Shown here: piece after piece, positions 1 to 10,465 of the stretch | Position numbering within the stretch: position 1 is the stretch's first letter | How the letters are laid out: each line of letters begins with the position of its first letter | Assembly (NCBI GenBank): GCA_015490805.1 | Contig: WFXC01000018.1 | Location: 72,880 to 136,879, forward strand | From: Candidatus Kapaibacterium sp. | Lineage (GTDB): Bacteria > Bacteroidota > Ignavibacteria > Kapaibacteriales > WFXC01 | Direction: 5' to 3' | Length of the DNA: 64,000 bases | Position numbers and translations under genes: made by a program | The notes under the pieces: model-generated | What the model was told of the DNA's origin: nothing | The model's database searches: none | What the model saw: only the letters and a program-made list of their open reading frames with translations

Positions 1-749
1 GGTATCAGCAGCCAGCGCTCTGGCACTACGACTGGAATGAAGTGGTAAGGCAGATTCACCGGTATGGTATTCGGAACACGTACACAACGGTCGTGGCACC
101 AACAGGATCGATCAGTATGATTGCGGGTACTTCATCGGGCATTGAGCCGGTCTATCGCCTGGTGTATGAAAAGCGGGTATCCATCGGGAATTTCTATTAT
201 GTCGATCCCGTTTTTGAGCGGAAAATGGAAGAACTGGGGGTATGGTCAGAAACCTTTCTTCGCACCGTTGCGGTCAATGGTGGCAGCATTCGAAACTTCC
301 CGAATATTCCACCCGAAATTCGCCGCGTTTTTGTGACTGCCTATGATATTTCGCCGGAAGATCACGTCTATGCGCTGGCAGCCGTGCAGCGGTGGGTGGA
401 TTCGTCCGTTTCCAAAACGGTGAATTTTCCTGAAGAAGCCACGAAGGCAGAAATGCAAAAAGTGTTTTTGTTAGCACACCAGTTGGGCTGTAAGGGGCTA
501 ACTGTTTACCGCAGCGGGTCTCGACACGATGTGTATGTTCCCGCAGTACCTAAAGCTGGCAAGCAGTGGAAGGTATATCGGGAGCAAAAGGCGCGCGGGC
601 AGTCGCTCTACGCGCAGGAAGGAGATCCACCGTCAGAGGAAGTCAGTGACCACGGAGAGCCTCGCTGCCCGGTTTGTGGTTCGCCCCTGATCAAGCGAGA
701 AGGGTGCTGGCAATGCCCCACCTGTGGATGGATGGCTTGCCAGGTGTAG
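1..749 (+). CDS. nrdJ: Class II (adenosylcobalamin-dependent) ribonucleotide reductase, C-terminal fragment; the 5' end lies upstream of the window
   Basis: Open frame from the window edge to the stop at 747-749. Conserved RNR motif APTGSISMIAGTSSGIEP. C-terminal CxxC...CxxC zinc ribbon (CPVCGSP...CPTCGWMAC). Confidence 0.6.
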   Translation, partial: YQQPALWHYDWNEVVRQIHRYGIRNTYTTVVAPTGSISMIAGTSSGIEPVYRLVYEKRVSIGNFYYVDPVFERKMEELGVWSETFLRTVAVNGGSIRNFPNIPPEIRRVFVTAYDISPEDHVYALAAVQRWVDSSVSKTVNFPEEATKAEMQKVFLLAHQLGCKGLTVYRSGSRHDVYVPAVPKAGKQWKVYREQKARGQSLYAQEGDPPSEEVSDHGEPRCPVCGSPLIKREGCWQCPTCGWMACQV

Positions 750-787
750 GTTCGACTCTTTGTGATTCCAGAGACCAGCAGGATTGT

Positions 788-1723
788 TTAAGACTGCCAG
801 TACTCCGGATGGGCGCGGAACCATTCGATCGTACGACGCAGACCTTCCTCAATATCTACTTTGGGTGTCCATCCCAGGCTCCTCCGCAGTTTGCGGTATG
901 AGCAGACGCTTCGCTCTACTTCGCCGGGGATCGGGTCTGCGTAAATCGGTTCTCCTTCGAATTGCATTAAGTGTTTAAGAAGCTGGAAAAGCGTGTTGAT
1001 GCTCAGCTCAAAGGCTGTGGAACAGTTAAAAATTCCGTAAGCGTCATCGCGCAAGCCAATGAGATTTGCCTGCACGGCGTCGGCAACGTAGAGGAAGTCC
1101 CGACTCTGCGTTCCGTCGCCATAAATGACAGGCGATTCGCCGCGCAACATTTTGGAGATAAAAATCGCAATGACGCCCGCTTCCCCTTTGGGGTTCTGAC
1201 GCGGACCGTACACGTTTGTGTACCGTAAGCTTACGTGCGGAATCTCCCGAACAAGGCGGTAGTAGACCAGAAATTTTTCACCCCACAGTTTTGAGACGCC
1301 ATAAGGGGATAGAGGACGTTTGGAATGCCGTTCATCCGCCGGGAAAAAGTGTTGTTGTCCGTAAATAGCACCACCGCTGGATGCGAAGATGATTTTTTTA
1401 ACTCCTGTTTTCCGCGCCGCTTCGAACAGATTCAGGGAACCTATAATGTTCGTTTGAATGTCGGATTCTGGATGTTCCAGCGAATGTCGCACATTGGTTT
1501 GGGCAGCGTGATGGTTGAGTACGTCGAATTTTTCTTCGGCAAAGACGTCTGCAATTGCTGGATCAGCAATATCCATTTCGACGATCTTCGCTAAGGGATG
1601 CACGTTCTCCCGGCGTCCCGTTGAAAAATTGTCAATGACAACGACCTCGTGTCCTTCTTCAATGTAGGCGTCGACAATATGCGAGCCAATAAACCCCGCG
1701 CCTCCTGTGACCGCAATTTTCAT
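788..1723 (-). CDS. NAD-dependent epimerase/dehydratase (UDP-sugar 4-epimerase-like)
   Basis: 311 aa ORF. N-terminal Rossmann motif TGGAGFIGSH. Short-chain dehydrogenase (SDR) catalytic tetrad region (YGVSK). Confidence 0.8.
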   Translation of the reverse strand: MKIAVTGGAGFIGSHIVDAYIEEGHEVVVIDNFSTGRRENVHPLAKIVEMDIADPAIADVFAEEKFDVLNHHAAQTNVRHSLEHPESDIQTNIIGSLNLFEAARKTGVKKIIFASSGGAIYGQQHFFPADERHSKRPLSPYGVSKLWGEKFLVYYRLVREIPHVSLRYTNVYGPRQNPKGEAGVIAIFISKMLRGESPVIYGDGTQSRDFLYVADAVQANLIGLRDDAYGIFNCSTAFELSINTLFQLLKHLMQFEGEPIYADPIPGEVERSVCSYRKLRRSLGWTPKVDIEEGLRRTIEWFRAHPEYWQS

Positions 1724-1928
1724 TTGTTGCTTCCCTCTGCATTTGTTGTGTTACTTGACCGTGGATCGGAGAAAAGAACTGCAAATATCGGGAAATTTTT
1801 GCAAACACGGAAAGCTGGGGGGAATGAAAGAGGGGATAAAAGGGGGCTACTATCGGGAGCGACAACGAGGGCAGAGACAAAAAGGGGAAGGATAGTCCGG
1901 TAGAAAGGTTGCGAGTAGTTTTCACAAA

Positions 1929-2363
1929 TTAGCGGAACAATTCTTTGATCATTCCCCAGGTCCGGCGAAAGGAGCTAACCGTGTGTGTAACGGTAATGGT
2001 TTCGCTATAGAGTGGCGGTAAATTTGCTGTCCGCACCGCTTTGAGGCGGTATTGGTAGATATTCGCCTGCGTTTTGGGGTGCGGCGTTGCTTTTTGAAAA
2101 GCGTCAGTGTCGACGAAGCGATAAGTTGCAGCGAAGCCTTTAGCCGGTAGTTCGCCGATCTTGTAAAATTCTTCCTCTTTTGCTCGCTTCCGCTCGATTT
2201 CAAAGCGTATAATATGAGTCTCATCCAGCGTTCGCCACTCCAGCACAATTTGATCATCCTCAGATTGAGCGGTGAAAAACGCCAAGGATAGAATTTCGGC
2301 TGACAGCCAGACGACTGCTACCAGCGCCAGGGATAGACCGATGAGCAGTTGTCGTTTCATCAT
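1929..2363 (-). CDS. hypothetical secreted/membrane-anchored protein
   Basis: 144 aa ORF with an N-terminal hydrophobic signal/anchor (LLIGLSLALVAVVWL). No recognisable domain. Confidence 0.4.
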   Translation of the reverse strand: MMKRQLLIGLSLALVAVVWLSAEILSLAFFTAQSEDDQIVLEWRTLDETHIIRFEIERKRAKEEEFYKIGELPAKGFAATYRFVDTDAFQKATPHPKTQANIYQYRLKAVRTANLPPLYSETITVTHTVSSFRRTWGMIKELFR

Positions 2364-2397
2364 ACTGCGAATTTACGAAATTTTTTGCGTTTACCAT

Positions 2398-2443
2398 ACA
2401 AAAGAAACCCTCTTCTGCCCCTTTCGGTTACAGCAGAAGAGGG
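2398..2443 (-). terminator. Rho-independent terminator after ftsZ
   Basis: Perfect 11 bp stem CCCTCTTCTGC / GCAGAAGAGGG with a 14 nt loop. On the minus strand it is followed by TTTCTTT. Lies 24 bp downstream of the ftsZ stop. Confidence 0.55.
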
Positions 2444-2466
2444 TGCTGCGGAGGGCATGGGCTTTG

Positions 2467-3714
2467 TCAGTCCATAATTTTTCGGAGAAATGCCGGTTTA
2501 TCCATCGTTCCTGTTTTGGGAACAGGGTCTGGCTGATTGGTGTTTTGAGCAGAACGGCGGATATAAGCAGGCGTATCGTATCGCTTAAGTTGATCGCTGC
2601 CTCGTGGTGGCGTCGGGAGCGTTTGCGGTGGGGGAGAGGAAACAGAAGTTGCCGGGGCAGGGGTTGGGTTGAGATTCACTGTCTGCGTAGAGGCTTGTCC
2701 GGAAGTTCGCCGCTGCTGTTCCTGCTGGGCAGAGAATCCGGTGGCGATCACCGTGATCGTAATTGACGGATTTTCCTGGAGGGACTCATCAAAGACGACC
2801 CCGTGGATGAGATTGACTTCTTCGCCAGCAGATTCTTCAATGAAGCTGATAGCATCGCTAACTTCCTGCATCGTGAGTGAAGGATCGGCGGTAATATTGA
2901 TGAGCAATCCGCGAGCACCTTCAATGGAAATTCCGTCTAACAGAGGCGAAGCGATGGCGGATTGCGCCGCTTCCAGTGCTCGATTTTCACCTGTTGCAGT
3001 GCCGATGCCCATTAAAGCATCGCCGGTATTTGCCATAATTGTGCGCACGTCAGCAAAGTCCACGTTAATGTAACCAACACCGGAGATAATATCGGCAATG
3101 CCACGCGTTGCATTGTAGAGAACTTCGTCAACCTTGAGAAAAGCTTCCATAAGTGGGGTGTGCGGATCGATGATTTCCAGCAGTCGCTGATTGGGGATCA
3201 CGATGAGGGCATCCACGTGCTGCCGCATTTCCGCAATTCCCGCTTCAGCAATTTTCATCCGTTGTTTCGCTTCCCACGCAAAGGGCTTGGTCACAATGCC
3301 GACAACTAATGCTTGCAGTTCACGAGCAACCTGAGCGATCAACGGTGCTGCACCGGTACCCGTTCCACCACCCATCCCGGCAGTGACGAACACCATATCA
3401 CTGCCGTCGAGCAGTTCCCGGATTTCATCCAGACTCTCCTGCGCCGCTTTTCGCCCAATATCGGGATTGGCGCCGGCACCCAAGCCTTTGGTCAGCTCTT
3501 TTCCCAATTGCACCTTGATGGGTGCTAGACTGCGTTCCAGCGCCTGTAAGTCGGTATTCGCCACGATGTACTCCACCCCTTGTAGTTCGCGACGGATCAT
3601 ATTATCAACGGCATTTCCGCCGCCCCCGCCAACACCCACTACGCGAATACAAGCGCCCGGCGTCGAAGTTGTCACATAGTCAATCACGGTTCGCTCCTTT
3701 CCATTTATTACCAC
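2467..3714 (-). CDS. ftsZ: cell division GTPase FtsZ
   Basis: 415 aa. Tubulin signature GGGTGTG. Proline/serine/threonine-rich C-terminal linker, then a conserved C-terminal peptide (DTPAYIRR). Confidence 0.95.
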   Translation of the reverse strand: MVINGKERTVIDYVTTSTPGACIRVVGVGGGGGNAVDNMIRRELQGVEYIVANTDLQALERSLAPIKVQLGKELTKGLGAGANPDIGRKAAQESLDEIRELLDGSDMVFVTAGMGGGTGTGAAPLIAQVARELQALVVGIVTKPFAWEAKQRMKIAEAGIAEMRQHVDALIVIPNQRLLEIIDPHTPLMEAFLKVDEVLYNATRGIADIISGVGYINVDFADVRTIMANTGDALMGIGTATGENRALEAAQSAIASPLLDGISIEGARGLLINITADPSLTMQEVSDAISFIEESAGEEVNLIHGVVFDESLQENPSITITVIATGFSAQQEQQRRTSGQASTQTVNLNPTPAPATSVSSPPPQTLPTPPRGSDQLKRYDTPAYIRRSAQNTNQPDPVPKTGTMDKPAFLRKIMD

Positions 3715-3726
3715 ATCCTTTTGTTC

Positions 3727-5004
3727 TCACAATTCTTGCAGGAACCTGCGAACTTTTTCCAGAACCGTCTTGGGAAATGAGCTGGATATCCGGCTGTAAG
3801 ATGGGGAGTCGGTGACCGACGGATGTTCCAGTGCATACAGCAGCAGCCCAATTCCCGTTGCATATTGCGGCGCATACACTTCCTGCGCTAATCCTGAAGG
3901 ATTGATATGCTGAGGAAATCCAATGCGCACCGGCATACCGGTGATCTTTGCTGCCAGTTCCTCCAGGCCCGGAATGAGTGCACCGCCACCGGTGAAAACA
4001 ATACCGGCTGAAAGGTGTTCTGCGTAGGAAGATTGGACCAGAGCCGCCATAACAAACTCGACAATTTCCTCCATCCGTGGCTGGATAATTTCTGTCAGCA
4101 GCGACCGGGAAAGTTCCAGCGGGGCACGTCCTCCAATTCCCGGTAGCAAGATCGTCTCATCCTCCGTAAGAGTATCCCGGAACGTGTGTCCATATTCCCG
4201 TTTCAGTTGTTCAGCCTGTTGCGATAAGATGCCGAAAGCGCGGCGGATGTCGTCGGTAACTTGATTACCACCGATGCCGATGACGTCCGCATACCGGAGT
4301 ACCTGAGATTCAAATACGGCAATGTCGGTCGTTCCACCCCCAATGTCTATGAGAGCCACCCCTACTTCCATTTCTTCAGGGGTTAGGACTGCTTTAGCGC
4401 TGGCAATGGGTTCAAGGACCAGATCAGCAACCTCAAAACCAGCGCGCCTGACACAGCGATGAATGTTTTCGACAGCGGTAATCAGAGCCGTTACCAACTG
4501 AATCTTTGCCTCCATCCGAATGCCACTCATTCCGACAGGGTCGATGATTCCATCCTGCCCATCGATGATGTATTCCTGAGGAATAAGGTGCAAAATGCGC
4601 CGATCGCTGGATAAGGGAATACGTTGCGCTTCTGATAACAGGCGATGCAGATCCTCCTCGGTAATTTCGTGGTCCGGATTGGCAATTGAAATCAACGAAG
4701 TCGTTTGGATGGTTTCGATATGATCGCCCGCAATGCCAGCAATGACTTCATCCACCTGGATACCAGCCTGTTGTTGAGCCGCTTCCATAGCACTTTGAAT
4801 TGCCTGTACGGTTTTCTGGATATTGACCACAACGCCACGGTGAAGCCCCTGGCTATCAGCTTGCCCAACGCCGACGATTGTTGGTGCGCCCTGTTCGACA
4901 ACAGCGATGAGCGCACAGATTTTGGTTGTACCAATATCTAACGCGGCTAATATTGTGCCGTCGGCATAGCCGCTCTGGCCTGGAGATTGCTGGCGTTGTG
5001 CCAT
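3727..5004 (-). CDS. ftsA: cell division protein FtsA
   Basis: Actin-fold ATPase with the motif LDIGTTKICALIA. The ORF track starts at 5124, but the first 40 codons look non-coding. The likely start is Met41 at 5004 (MAQRQQSP...). Confidence 0.85.
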   Translation of the reverse strand: MAQRQQSPGQSGYADGTILAALDIGTTKICALIAVVEQGAPTIVGVGQADSQGLHRGVVVNIQKTVQAIQSAMEAAQQQAGIQVDEVIAGIAGDHIETIQTTSLISIANPDHEITEEDLHRLLSEAQRIPLSSDRRILHLIPQEYIIDGQDGIIDPVGMSGIRMEAKIQLVTALITAVENIHRCVRRAGFEVADLVLEPIASAKAVLTPEEMEVGVALIDIGGGTTDIAVFESQVLRYADVIGIGGNQVTDDIRRAFGILSQQAEQLKREYGHTFRDTLTEDETILLPGIGGRAPLELSRSLLTEIIQPRMEEIVEFVMAALVQSSYAEHLSAGIVFTGGGALIPGLEELAAKITGMPVRIGFPQHINPSGLAQEVYAPQYATGIGLLLYALEHPSVTDSPSYSRISSSFPKTVLEKVRRFLQEL

Positions 5005-5705
5005 CGGTGCGCCCTTTTTTTGGATGTTATAACTCTCTGTTTCCACCGAAAATCTATCAATTGCGTATGTGCAAAAAACCGTTGTCCTGCTGGTGTCTGG
5101 AGCAATTGCTCTGCTTTGTACCATTGCTGCGGTAACTGCTGAGGATCGAAGAGCAAAACCGTCGTCGTGGGGATGGTCGTAGCAACGCCATAATGGTCAT
5201 CACGCAGCATAATTTCGGAAATTCGTTGTGAAAGGGCTGGAAATTGAACCAATGATTGCGCAAGGGTACGAGCGGCGGAGAAGGAATGAACGTGCAGAAT
5301 CGGCAAACTCAGAGGCGTGCGGAAGGAACGATAGGGAACAAGGGTATCGGGGAGTAAAAGTTTTGGCACGGAATTTCTTACTACTACAAACGCTACAGGG
5401 CGTTTTTCGGCAACGTGAATGGTCAGTGTCTGATAACTTCGATGTAGCGAAACGTGTTGAACAAAAGGATGACGGAGCAATGAAGAAGCGATCGTTGCGA
5501 AATTTCCCGAGCTATGTGCACGGGCTATCGCGGAATCCGAAAGAAGAGCCTGCAACTCCGCAGGGTCGAGAAGCTGGCAACCGGTAATCTGAATTTTCGT
5601 GATGGGCATACGGGCTTTCCACAGAACAGTGGAAGCGCCGATGCCTGCCAGCACAATGCCAGTAACGACGATCCATAGAGACCGTGTCGGTAAAAGATGC
5701 TGCAT
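4947..5705 (-). CDS. ftsQ: cell division protein FtsQ (POTRA domain)
   Basis: 252 aa. N-terminal membrane anchor followed by a POTRA-like region. Sits immediately upstream of ftsA-ftsZ. Confidence 0.7.
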   Translation of the reverse strand: MQHLLPTRSLWIVVTGIVLAGIGASTVLWKARMPITKIQITGCQLLDPAELQALLSDSAIARAHSSGNFATIASSLLRHPFVQHVSLHRSYQTLTIHVAEKRPVAFVVVRNSVPKLLLPDTLVPYRSFRTPLSLPILHVHSFSAARTLAQSLVQFPALSQRISEIMLRDDHYGVATTIPTTTVLLFDPQQLPQQWYKAEQLLQTPAGQRFFAHTQLIDFRWKQRVITSKKRAHRWHNASNLQARAAMPTAQY

Positions 5706-5952
5706 GCCTTACCGTCTCGCTCCTGTAGGGACACGATGGAAGTACTCCCCGGAAGGAGCTTCCGTCTGTCCCTACTGTTTCTCTTCCGTCTTTTTTGAAA
5801 CTTCTTCGGTTGCAACTGCTTTATGCTGCTGCGGACATAAAGCAGGCAAGCGTCAATCGAAATGTAAATTTACGACAAAATTTTGAAATGCACAACACCT
5901 GTGCGGAAATCGATAAAATTTTTCGAGAAAAAAGGTACATAAAAGGCAGACA

Positions 5953-6870
5953 ATGGTGCATTTTGTAGAAGCAATGAAACAGTTTCTCCAGTACTGTGGC
6001 GTAGAGCGTGGATGCTCGGATCATACGTTGCAGGTTTATAGTCACGCATTGTCTCAACTCTATGATTTTTTGGTTGAAGAGACACAGCAACGAAAGATCC
6101 CGTTGCAGCATATTTCCCTTGCTCTCCTTCGCCTCTTTGTAGGTTATCTCTATGATCAGGGACTTTCGTTGCGCAGCATAGGGACAAAAATTGCTGCTGT
6201 CCGTTCCTTTTTTAAGTACTGTGTGCAGCAGGGATGGCTGGAGCAGAATCCCGCACAGCTTCTTGCAATTCCGAAAACGGAGCAGCGGCTGCCGGGATTC
6301 CTTCGAGAAGAAGAAATCAATGCTATTTTAGCCAGGCTCGAAAAGGAGGCAATCGAAATCCGGGATCCGATCAAGATTCGTAATTGGGCGATCTTTGAGT
6401 TACTCTATGCTACGGGAATGCGGGTGGGAGAGCTCCTGCGGTTAACCATTGTCGACGTGAACCTGGCGCTGCGGGTGGTGCGCATTGTTGGTAAGGGAGG
6501 CAAAGAGCGTCTTGTGCCTATGGGAGAGCAGGCACGACGGGCGGTGATGTATTATCTGGAAATTCGAGATATCCTGTTTAAACCCAAAACAGACATATTT
6601 TTTGTTTCTAAATCTGGCAAACCACTCTCTTACTCGGATATCTACCGGCTGGTTCGACGGGTGCTGGAGGAAGGAAATATCGAAGCACCACGCAAAAGCC
6701 CACACCTACTCCGGCATACGTTTGCAACCCACCTGCTGGATCGAGGGGCGGATCTGCGAGCAGTCGGAGAATTTCTGGGACATCGGTCATTGCGGACCAC
6801 GCAGGTTTATACGCACGTCAGCATTGAGCATTTGAAGCGATCCTATCGTGATGCACATCCACGAGCATAA
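5953..6870 (+). CDS. xerC: tyrosine site-specific recombinase, XerC/XerD family
   Basis: 305 aa. N-terminal SAM-like domain. C-terminal catalytic R...HxxR...Y region (LLRHTFATHLL, RTTQVYTHV). The XerC-versus-XerD assignment is not resolvable from sequence alone. Confidence 0.8.
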   Translation: MVHFVEAMKQFLQYCGVERGCSDHTLQVYSHALSQLYDFLVEETQQRKIPLQHISLALLRLFVGYLYDQGLSLRSIGTKIAAVRSFFKYCVQQGWLEQNPAQLLAIPKTEQRLPGFLREEEINAILARLEKEAIEIRDPIKIRNWAIFELLYATGMRVGELLRLTIVDVNLALRVVRIVGKGGKERLVPMGEQARRAVMYYLEIRDILFKPKTDIFFVSKSGKPLSYSDIYRLVRRVLEEGNIEAPRKSPHLLRHTFATHLLDRGADLRAVGEFLGHRSLRTTQVYTHVSIEHLKRSYRDAHPRA

Positions 6871-7862
6871 TGATAATGGAACAGGTGCGGATCGGTGTTG
6901 CTGGTGTTGGGCATCTGGGGCGGATCCACGCGCGGCTGTGGAAACAGCAGCCCGCTGCCCGACTCGTCGGAGTATACGACATTGATCAGGAGCGGGCTGC
7001 TGAAATTGCAGCAGCGTTAGCGGTAAAAGCATTTCCCAGTTTCTCAGCCTTACTCCAGCAGGTGGATGCGGTTGCTATCGTGACACCGACAACAACACAC
7101 TACACCTTAGCAAAGGAAGCGATGGAGCAGGGAAAGCATTGTTTTATTGAAAAGCCTATTACATCCACGTATGCGCAGGCACAGGAGCTGGCGGCGCTGG
7201 CTGTACAGCAACGTGTTGTGTTACAGGTGGGGCACATTGAGCGGTTTAATCCTGCGTTGCAGGTGCTGAAGCAGTACGAGCTGCATCCTGTGTTTATTGA
7301 AGCACATCGGCTGGCGCCGTTCAAGCCGCGATCACTGGACGTTTCCGTTGTGTTTGACTTGATGATCCACGATCTGGATATCGTCCTCTGGCTGCTGAAT
7401 CAGTATCCAAAAGACGTTATTGCAAATGGAGTTGCCGTTCTCACCCCATATACCGACATTGCCAATGTCCGGCTCACTTTTGACCGAACGGTCGTCAATC
7501 TTACTGCCTCGCGATTATCCCGCAAAGTGCTACGCAAAATGCGGATCTTTCAGGAGGGAGCATATTTTTCCGTAGATTTTGCGGATCAGCAGGTTGAAGT
7601 TTATCGCCTGATGCCAAAGCAGGAGGTTTCACCGCACCATTTAGCGAGGATTCTGGGATCGATCGAGGAGGGAGTGGAGGAACGAACGATTGTTTACGAA
7701 CGTCCAGAGACACCCCAGGGGAATCCGTTACTGCTGGAACAACAGGTGTTCCTGGAGTCTATTCTGCAGGGGCGTCCCCCGGCTGTTTCAGCAGAAGAAG
7801 CAGCAGAGGCTTTGCGATTGGCGGAGGATATTGAACGGGCGATTTTAGAACGATCTATCTGA
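6870..7862 (+). CDS. Gfo/Idh/MocA family NAD(P)-dependent oxidoreductase
   Basis: 330 aa. Rossmann motif GVAGVGHLGRIHA. C-terminal alpha/beta dimerisation domain. Start overlaps the xerC stop by 1 nt. Confidence 0.8.
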   Translation: MIMEQVRIGVAGVGHLGRIHARLWKQQPAARLVGVYDIDQERAAEIAAALAVKAFPSFSALLQQVDAVAIVTPTTTHYTLAKEAMEQGKHCFIEKPITSTYAQAQELAALAVQQRVVLQVGHIERFNPALQVLKQYELHPVFIEAHRLAPFKPRSLDVSVVFDLMIHDLDIVLWLLNQYPKDVIANGVAVLTPYTDIANVRLTFDRTVVNLTASRLSRKVLRKMRIFQEGAYFSVDFADQQVEVYRLMPKQEVSPHHLARILGSIEEGVEERTIVYERPETPQGNPLLLEQQVFLESILQGRPPAVSAEEAAEALRLAEDIERAILERSI

Positions 7863-7867
7863 AACGT

Positions 7868-8329
7868 CTAAGGAATGTAAAACAGTGGTCGTGGTACGGA
7901 GCTCCACGGAAACGGGGAGCCCGCAAGGATCAGAATGATCATTATGCCACTCCACAGCAAAACGGTTTTCCGCTTCTGTTCGACTTGCTCCTGCCGCTGA
8001 ACTTTCATTCGCTGGAAATGCGCCAGAGCCACCATAATGAGCATCAGCACCGGGTGTTCCAGAAACCAGAATCGTAAGGAAGTTGTTCGCATTGCTAAGC
8101 CCGGATTGGCAAAGGCATGGGAAACCGGAGCACTGAAAAAGGCATAGAGCAGCACTCCCAGGGCTAATTGAAAAGTTGCAATGAGAGCGATCCAGCGAAT
8201 GATCCGAACATCGGTATTGCTCCACTCTGTGCTGGAGCGGAACCGAAAGGAACGATACAAAGCAATGACCAGCAATCCTAAGAGAATCCATCGAAGCCAA
8301 GCGTGAAAAAAGAGGAGAATTTCATACAT
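7868..8329 (-). CDS. hypothetical integral membrane protein (4 predicted TM helices)
   Basis: 153 aa hydrophobic ORF. No recognised domain. Confidence 0.4.
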   Translation of the reverse strand: MYEILLFFHAWLRWILLGLLVIALYRSFRFRSSTEWSNTDVRIIRWIALIATFQLALGVLLYAFFSAPVSHAFANPGLAMRTTSLRFWFLEHPVLMLIMVALAHFQRMKVQRQEQVEQKRKTVLLWSGIMIILILAGSPFPWSSVPRPLFYIP

Positions 8330-8344
8330 TGCTCTACCTGCTGG

Positions 8345-10147
8345 TTATTGAGACTGCTCATACTGTTTTGGATCAAACCAGACGAACTTATACAATCGTC
8401 GATCCATTGAGTTGTTCCGGTAGTCCCGAACGTAAGGCTGAACGAATCGATAATCTTCATCATAGAAAATCAGCAGCATTGGCGCATCATTGATAGCGAT
8501 CTGCTCCGCTTGCAAGTACAGCTTCATTCGTTCCTGTTTATCTAAGGTTTGCAGCGCTTGTTCAAAGATCCGGTCGAACTCCGGATTTTGATAACGCGTT
8601 GAATTGATAGGACTAATGCCCCCATCGGGGGGAACTAACTTCCCGTACAACAGATTCAGAAAATTTTCAGGGTCTGGATAGTCAGCGATCCACCCCAGGC
8701 GAAAGAATGGAGCTTTCCCGGCATCGATTTCTTCCAGATGTCGAGCCCATTCCACCTGCTTGAGGTGCACAGTGATACCTAAATTTTCCTGAAGCATTGA
8801 CTGGATCGCTTCAGCAATCTGCACATTGCGCCCACCGCCACTGTTGAGTTGCAGGGTAATTTCGGGAAATCCTTTGCCGCCGGGGTAGCCAGCTTCTGCC
8901 AGCAGTTGCTGCGCTTTTTCTGGATCGAAGCGATACCCGCGGATTCGCTCTGCTGGATAGTCTGGCATCGAGGGAGGCACTAACCCATAATGTGCTGGTC
9001 CCGCCGCCTGTCCGTGCAGAACGTATCGGATGATGCGTTCCCGATCGACTGCATAGCAGAATGCCTGCCGAACCCGCTTGTCTTTGAAGATATCGCTGGT
9101 GGTTAGCATTCCGTAGTACTGCGTGGAAAGGGCGGGCACGCGAAAGAGCTGGTATTTTTTGTATTCTCCCTTCGCCTGTTTGTTTTCATCGATAATGTCC
9201 GGGAAGAATTCCGAAGGAATGCGGTAGCATTCTTCTAAGTTTCCCTGTCGGAATTCCAGCAATTGGGTTTTGTTATCTTTGATGAAGCTGAAGACAATTG
9301 CATCCAGGAATGGAAGCTGGTTTCCTGCTGAGTCTCGCATCCAGTAGTTCGGATTGCGTCGCAAACGAAGCTCCTGATCAGGTTTCCAGTATTCAAAGAT
9401 GAAGGGACCACTTCCGACCGGATTTTTGAAAAAATCCTGTTTATAGAACTCCACGGCTTCCTTCGGGTAGATGTAGCAAAAACTGAGAGCCACGTAGTAT
9501 TCAAACGGAGCGAAGGGTTTCAGTAGGCGGATCTGGAATGTGGAATCGTTCAATGCTTTGAATCCTTCGATGCGAGAAACCGTCAAAGGGACATTCTCTG
9601 TTGCTGCTTTTTTCGTGGCTTCATAGTAGGCATCAGCGCCCAGCACTTTGCCGCGGAAGTAGTCGAATCCAATCGTTCCACTGCGGAAGTCGCACAGACG
9701 GTGAAAGCAGTATTCAACATCGAAGGCGGTGAGGCGCCGACCTTTCCCGTTGGGGAAACACGGGTTATCATGGAAGTACACATCCGTTCGAAGATGATAG
9801 GTGTAGGTGAGCCCATCTTCGGAAACCTCCCATCGCTTTGCCAGCGCCGGCTGGAGCTGGAGATTTTCATCGATGTATAGCAATCCGTCGTAGATTTGCT
9901 CAGCGATGTGGGCGGATGTCGCGTCGTTGATCCGAACAGGGTCTAAGGAACGGAGTTCACCGGTTTCGTTGACGCGAAAAGTGCCACCATAGAATTTTCC
10001 ATCGGCGGCAGGACGGAATGCTGCGGTTGTTGCTTCCTCTTGCGAACAGCCTACGATGAACAGGAAAGCTCCAGCGCAGAGAACGAGCGGAATAATGAGT
10101 TTTAGCGTCGCCTCTCTTGTCTGTTGCTTTGCCAATCCCGCGAGCAT
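8345..10147 (-). CDS. ABC transporter substrate-binding lipoprotein, family 5 (oligopeptide/nickel type)
   Basis: 600 aa. Lipoprotein signal (...FLFIVGCSQ). Overall SBP_bac_5 architecture. Confidence 0.8.
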   Translation of the reverse strand: MLAGLAKQQTREATLKLIIPLVLCAGAFLFIVGCSQEEATTAAFRPAADGKFYGGTFRVNETGELRSLDPVRINDATSAHIAEQIYDGLLYIDENLQLQPALAKRWEVSEDGLTYTYHLRTDVYFHDNPCFPNGKGRRLTAFDVEYCFHRLCDFRSGTIGFDYFRGKVLGADAYYEATKKAATENVPLTVSRIEGFKALNDSTFQIRLLKPFAPFEYYVALSFCYIYPKEAVEFYKQDFFKNPVGSGPFIFEYWKPDQELRLRRNPNYWMRDSAGNQLPFLDAIVFSFIKDNKTQLLEFRQGNLEECYRIPSEFFPDIIDENKQAKGEYKKYQLFRVPALSTQYYGMLTTSDIFKDKRVRQAFCYAVDRERIIRYVLHGQAAGPAHYGLVPPSMPDYPAERIRGYRFDPEKAQQLLAEAGYPGGKGFPEITLQLNSGGGRNVQIAEAIQSMLQENLGITVHLKQVEWARHLEEIDAGKAPFFRLGWIADYPDPENFLNLLYGKLVPPDGGISPINSTRYQNPEFDRIFEQALQTLDKQERMKLYLQAEQIAINDAPMLLIFYDEDYRFVQPYVRDYRNNSMDRRLYKFVWFDPKQYEQSQ

Positions 10148-10465
10148 TGGATGTTTCCCGTTGTTGTCGTCTATTCGATTCTCAAAGTCCTGCTTTTTGG
10201 TAGAAACAATCCCTACCAGACAAGTTGATATCGCTTATCCGCTGCGGCGTGGCTTTCTGAAAAGCAGCCGTCCGTCAGCAAGGGATAGTTTTACACACCG
10301 GCTTTTGTTTCTTCTCTTCAGAAACCGCAAAGATACGAAACTCTGACCAGTAGGTCGGAAACCGGAAAGCAGGAAGCGTCGCTACACCTTCCGGACTTTT
10401 TGTATTTTTGAAGTTTCGTGCACACGTGCAACGTAGTAGGTCGGGATCTAATGAAAGGAAAGGCG

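Noticed and set aside
5005-5124. N-terminal 40-codon extension of ftsA (also the similar extensions on ugd, purB, tsaB, sdhC, the giant Ig protein and mutL)
   Set aside because: The extensions have non-coding-like composition. Each is followed by an internal Met that gives canonical N-termini or signal peptides. The extensions would also create long overlaps with the upstream genes.
5953-6870. Phage or integrative-element integrase marking a prophage or island
   Set aside because: The recombinase has the XerC/XerD housekeeping architecture and size. There are no phage, excisionase, tRNA or att-like features adjacent. The flanking genes are core (ftsQAZ, an oxidoreductase).
10148-10465. Possible glycine riboswitch in the 318 bp leader upstream of gcvT
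   Set aside because: I looked for the conserved glycine-aptamer elements (GGAGAG…, CACCGAAGGGGCAA-like cores) and did not find them. The leader has only generic hairpins. Genes in this genome also have long A-rich leaders in general.
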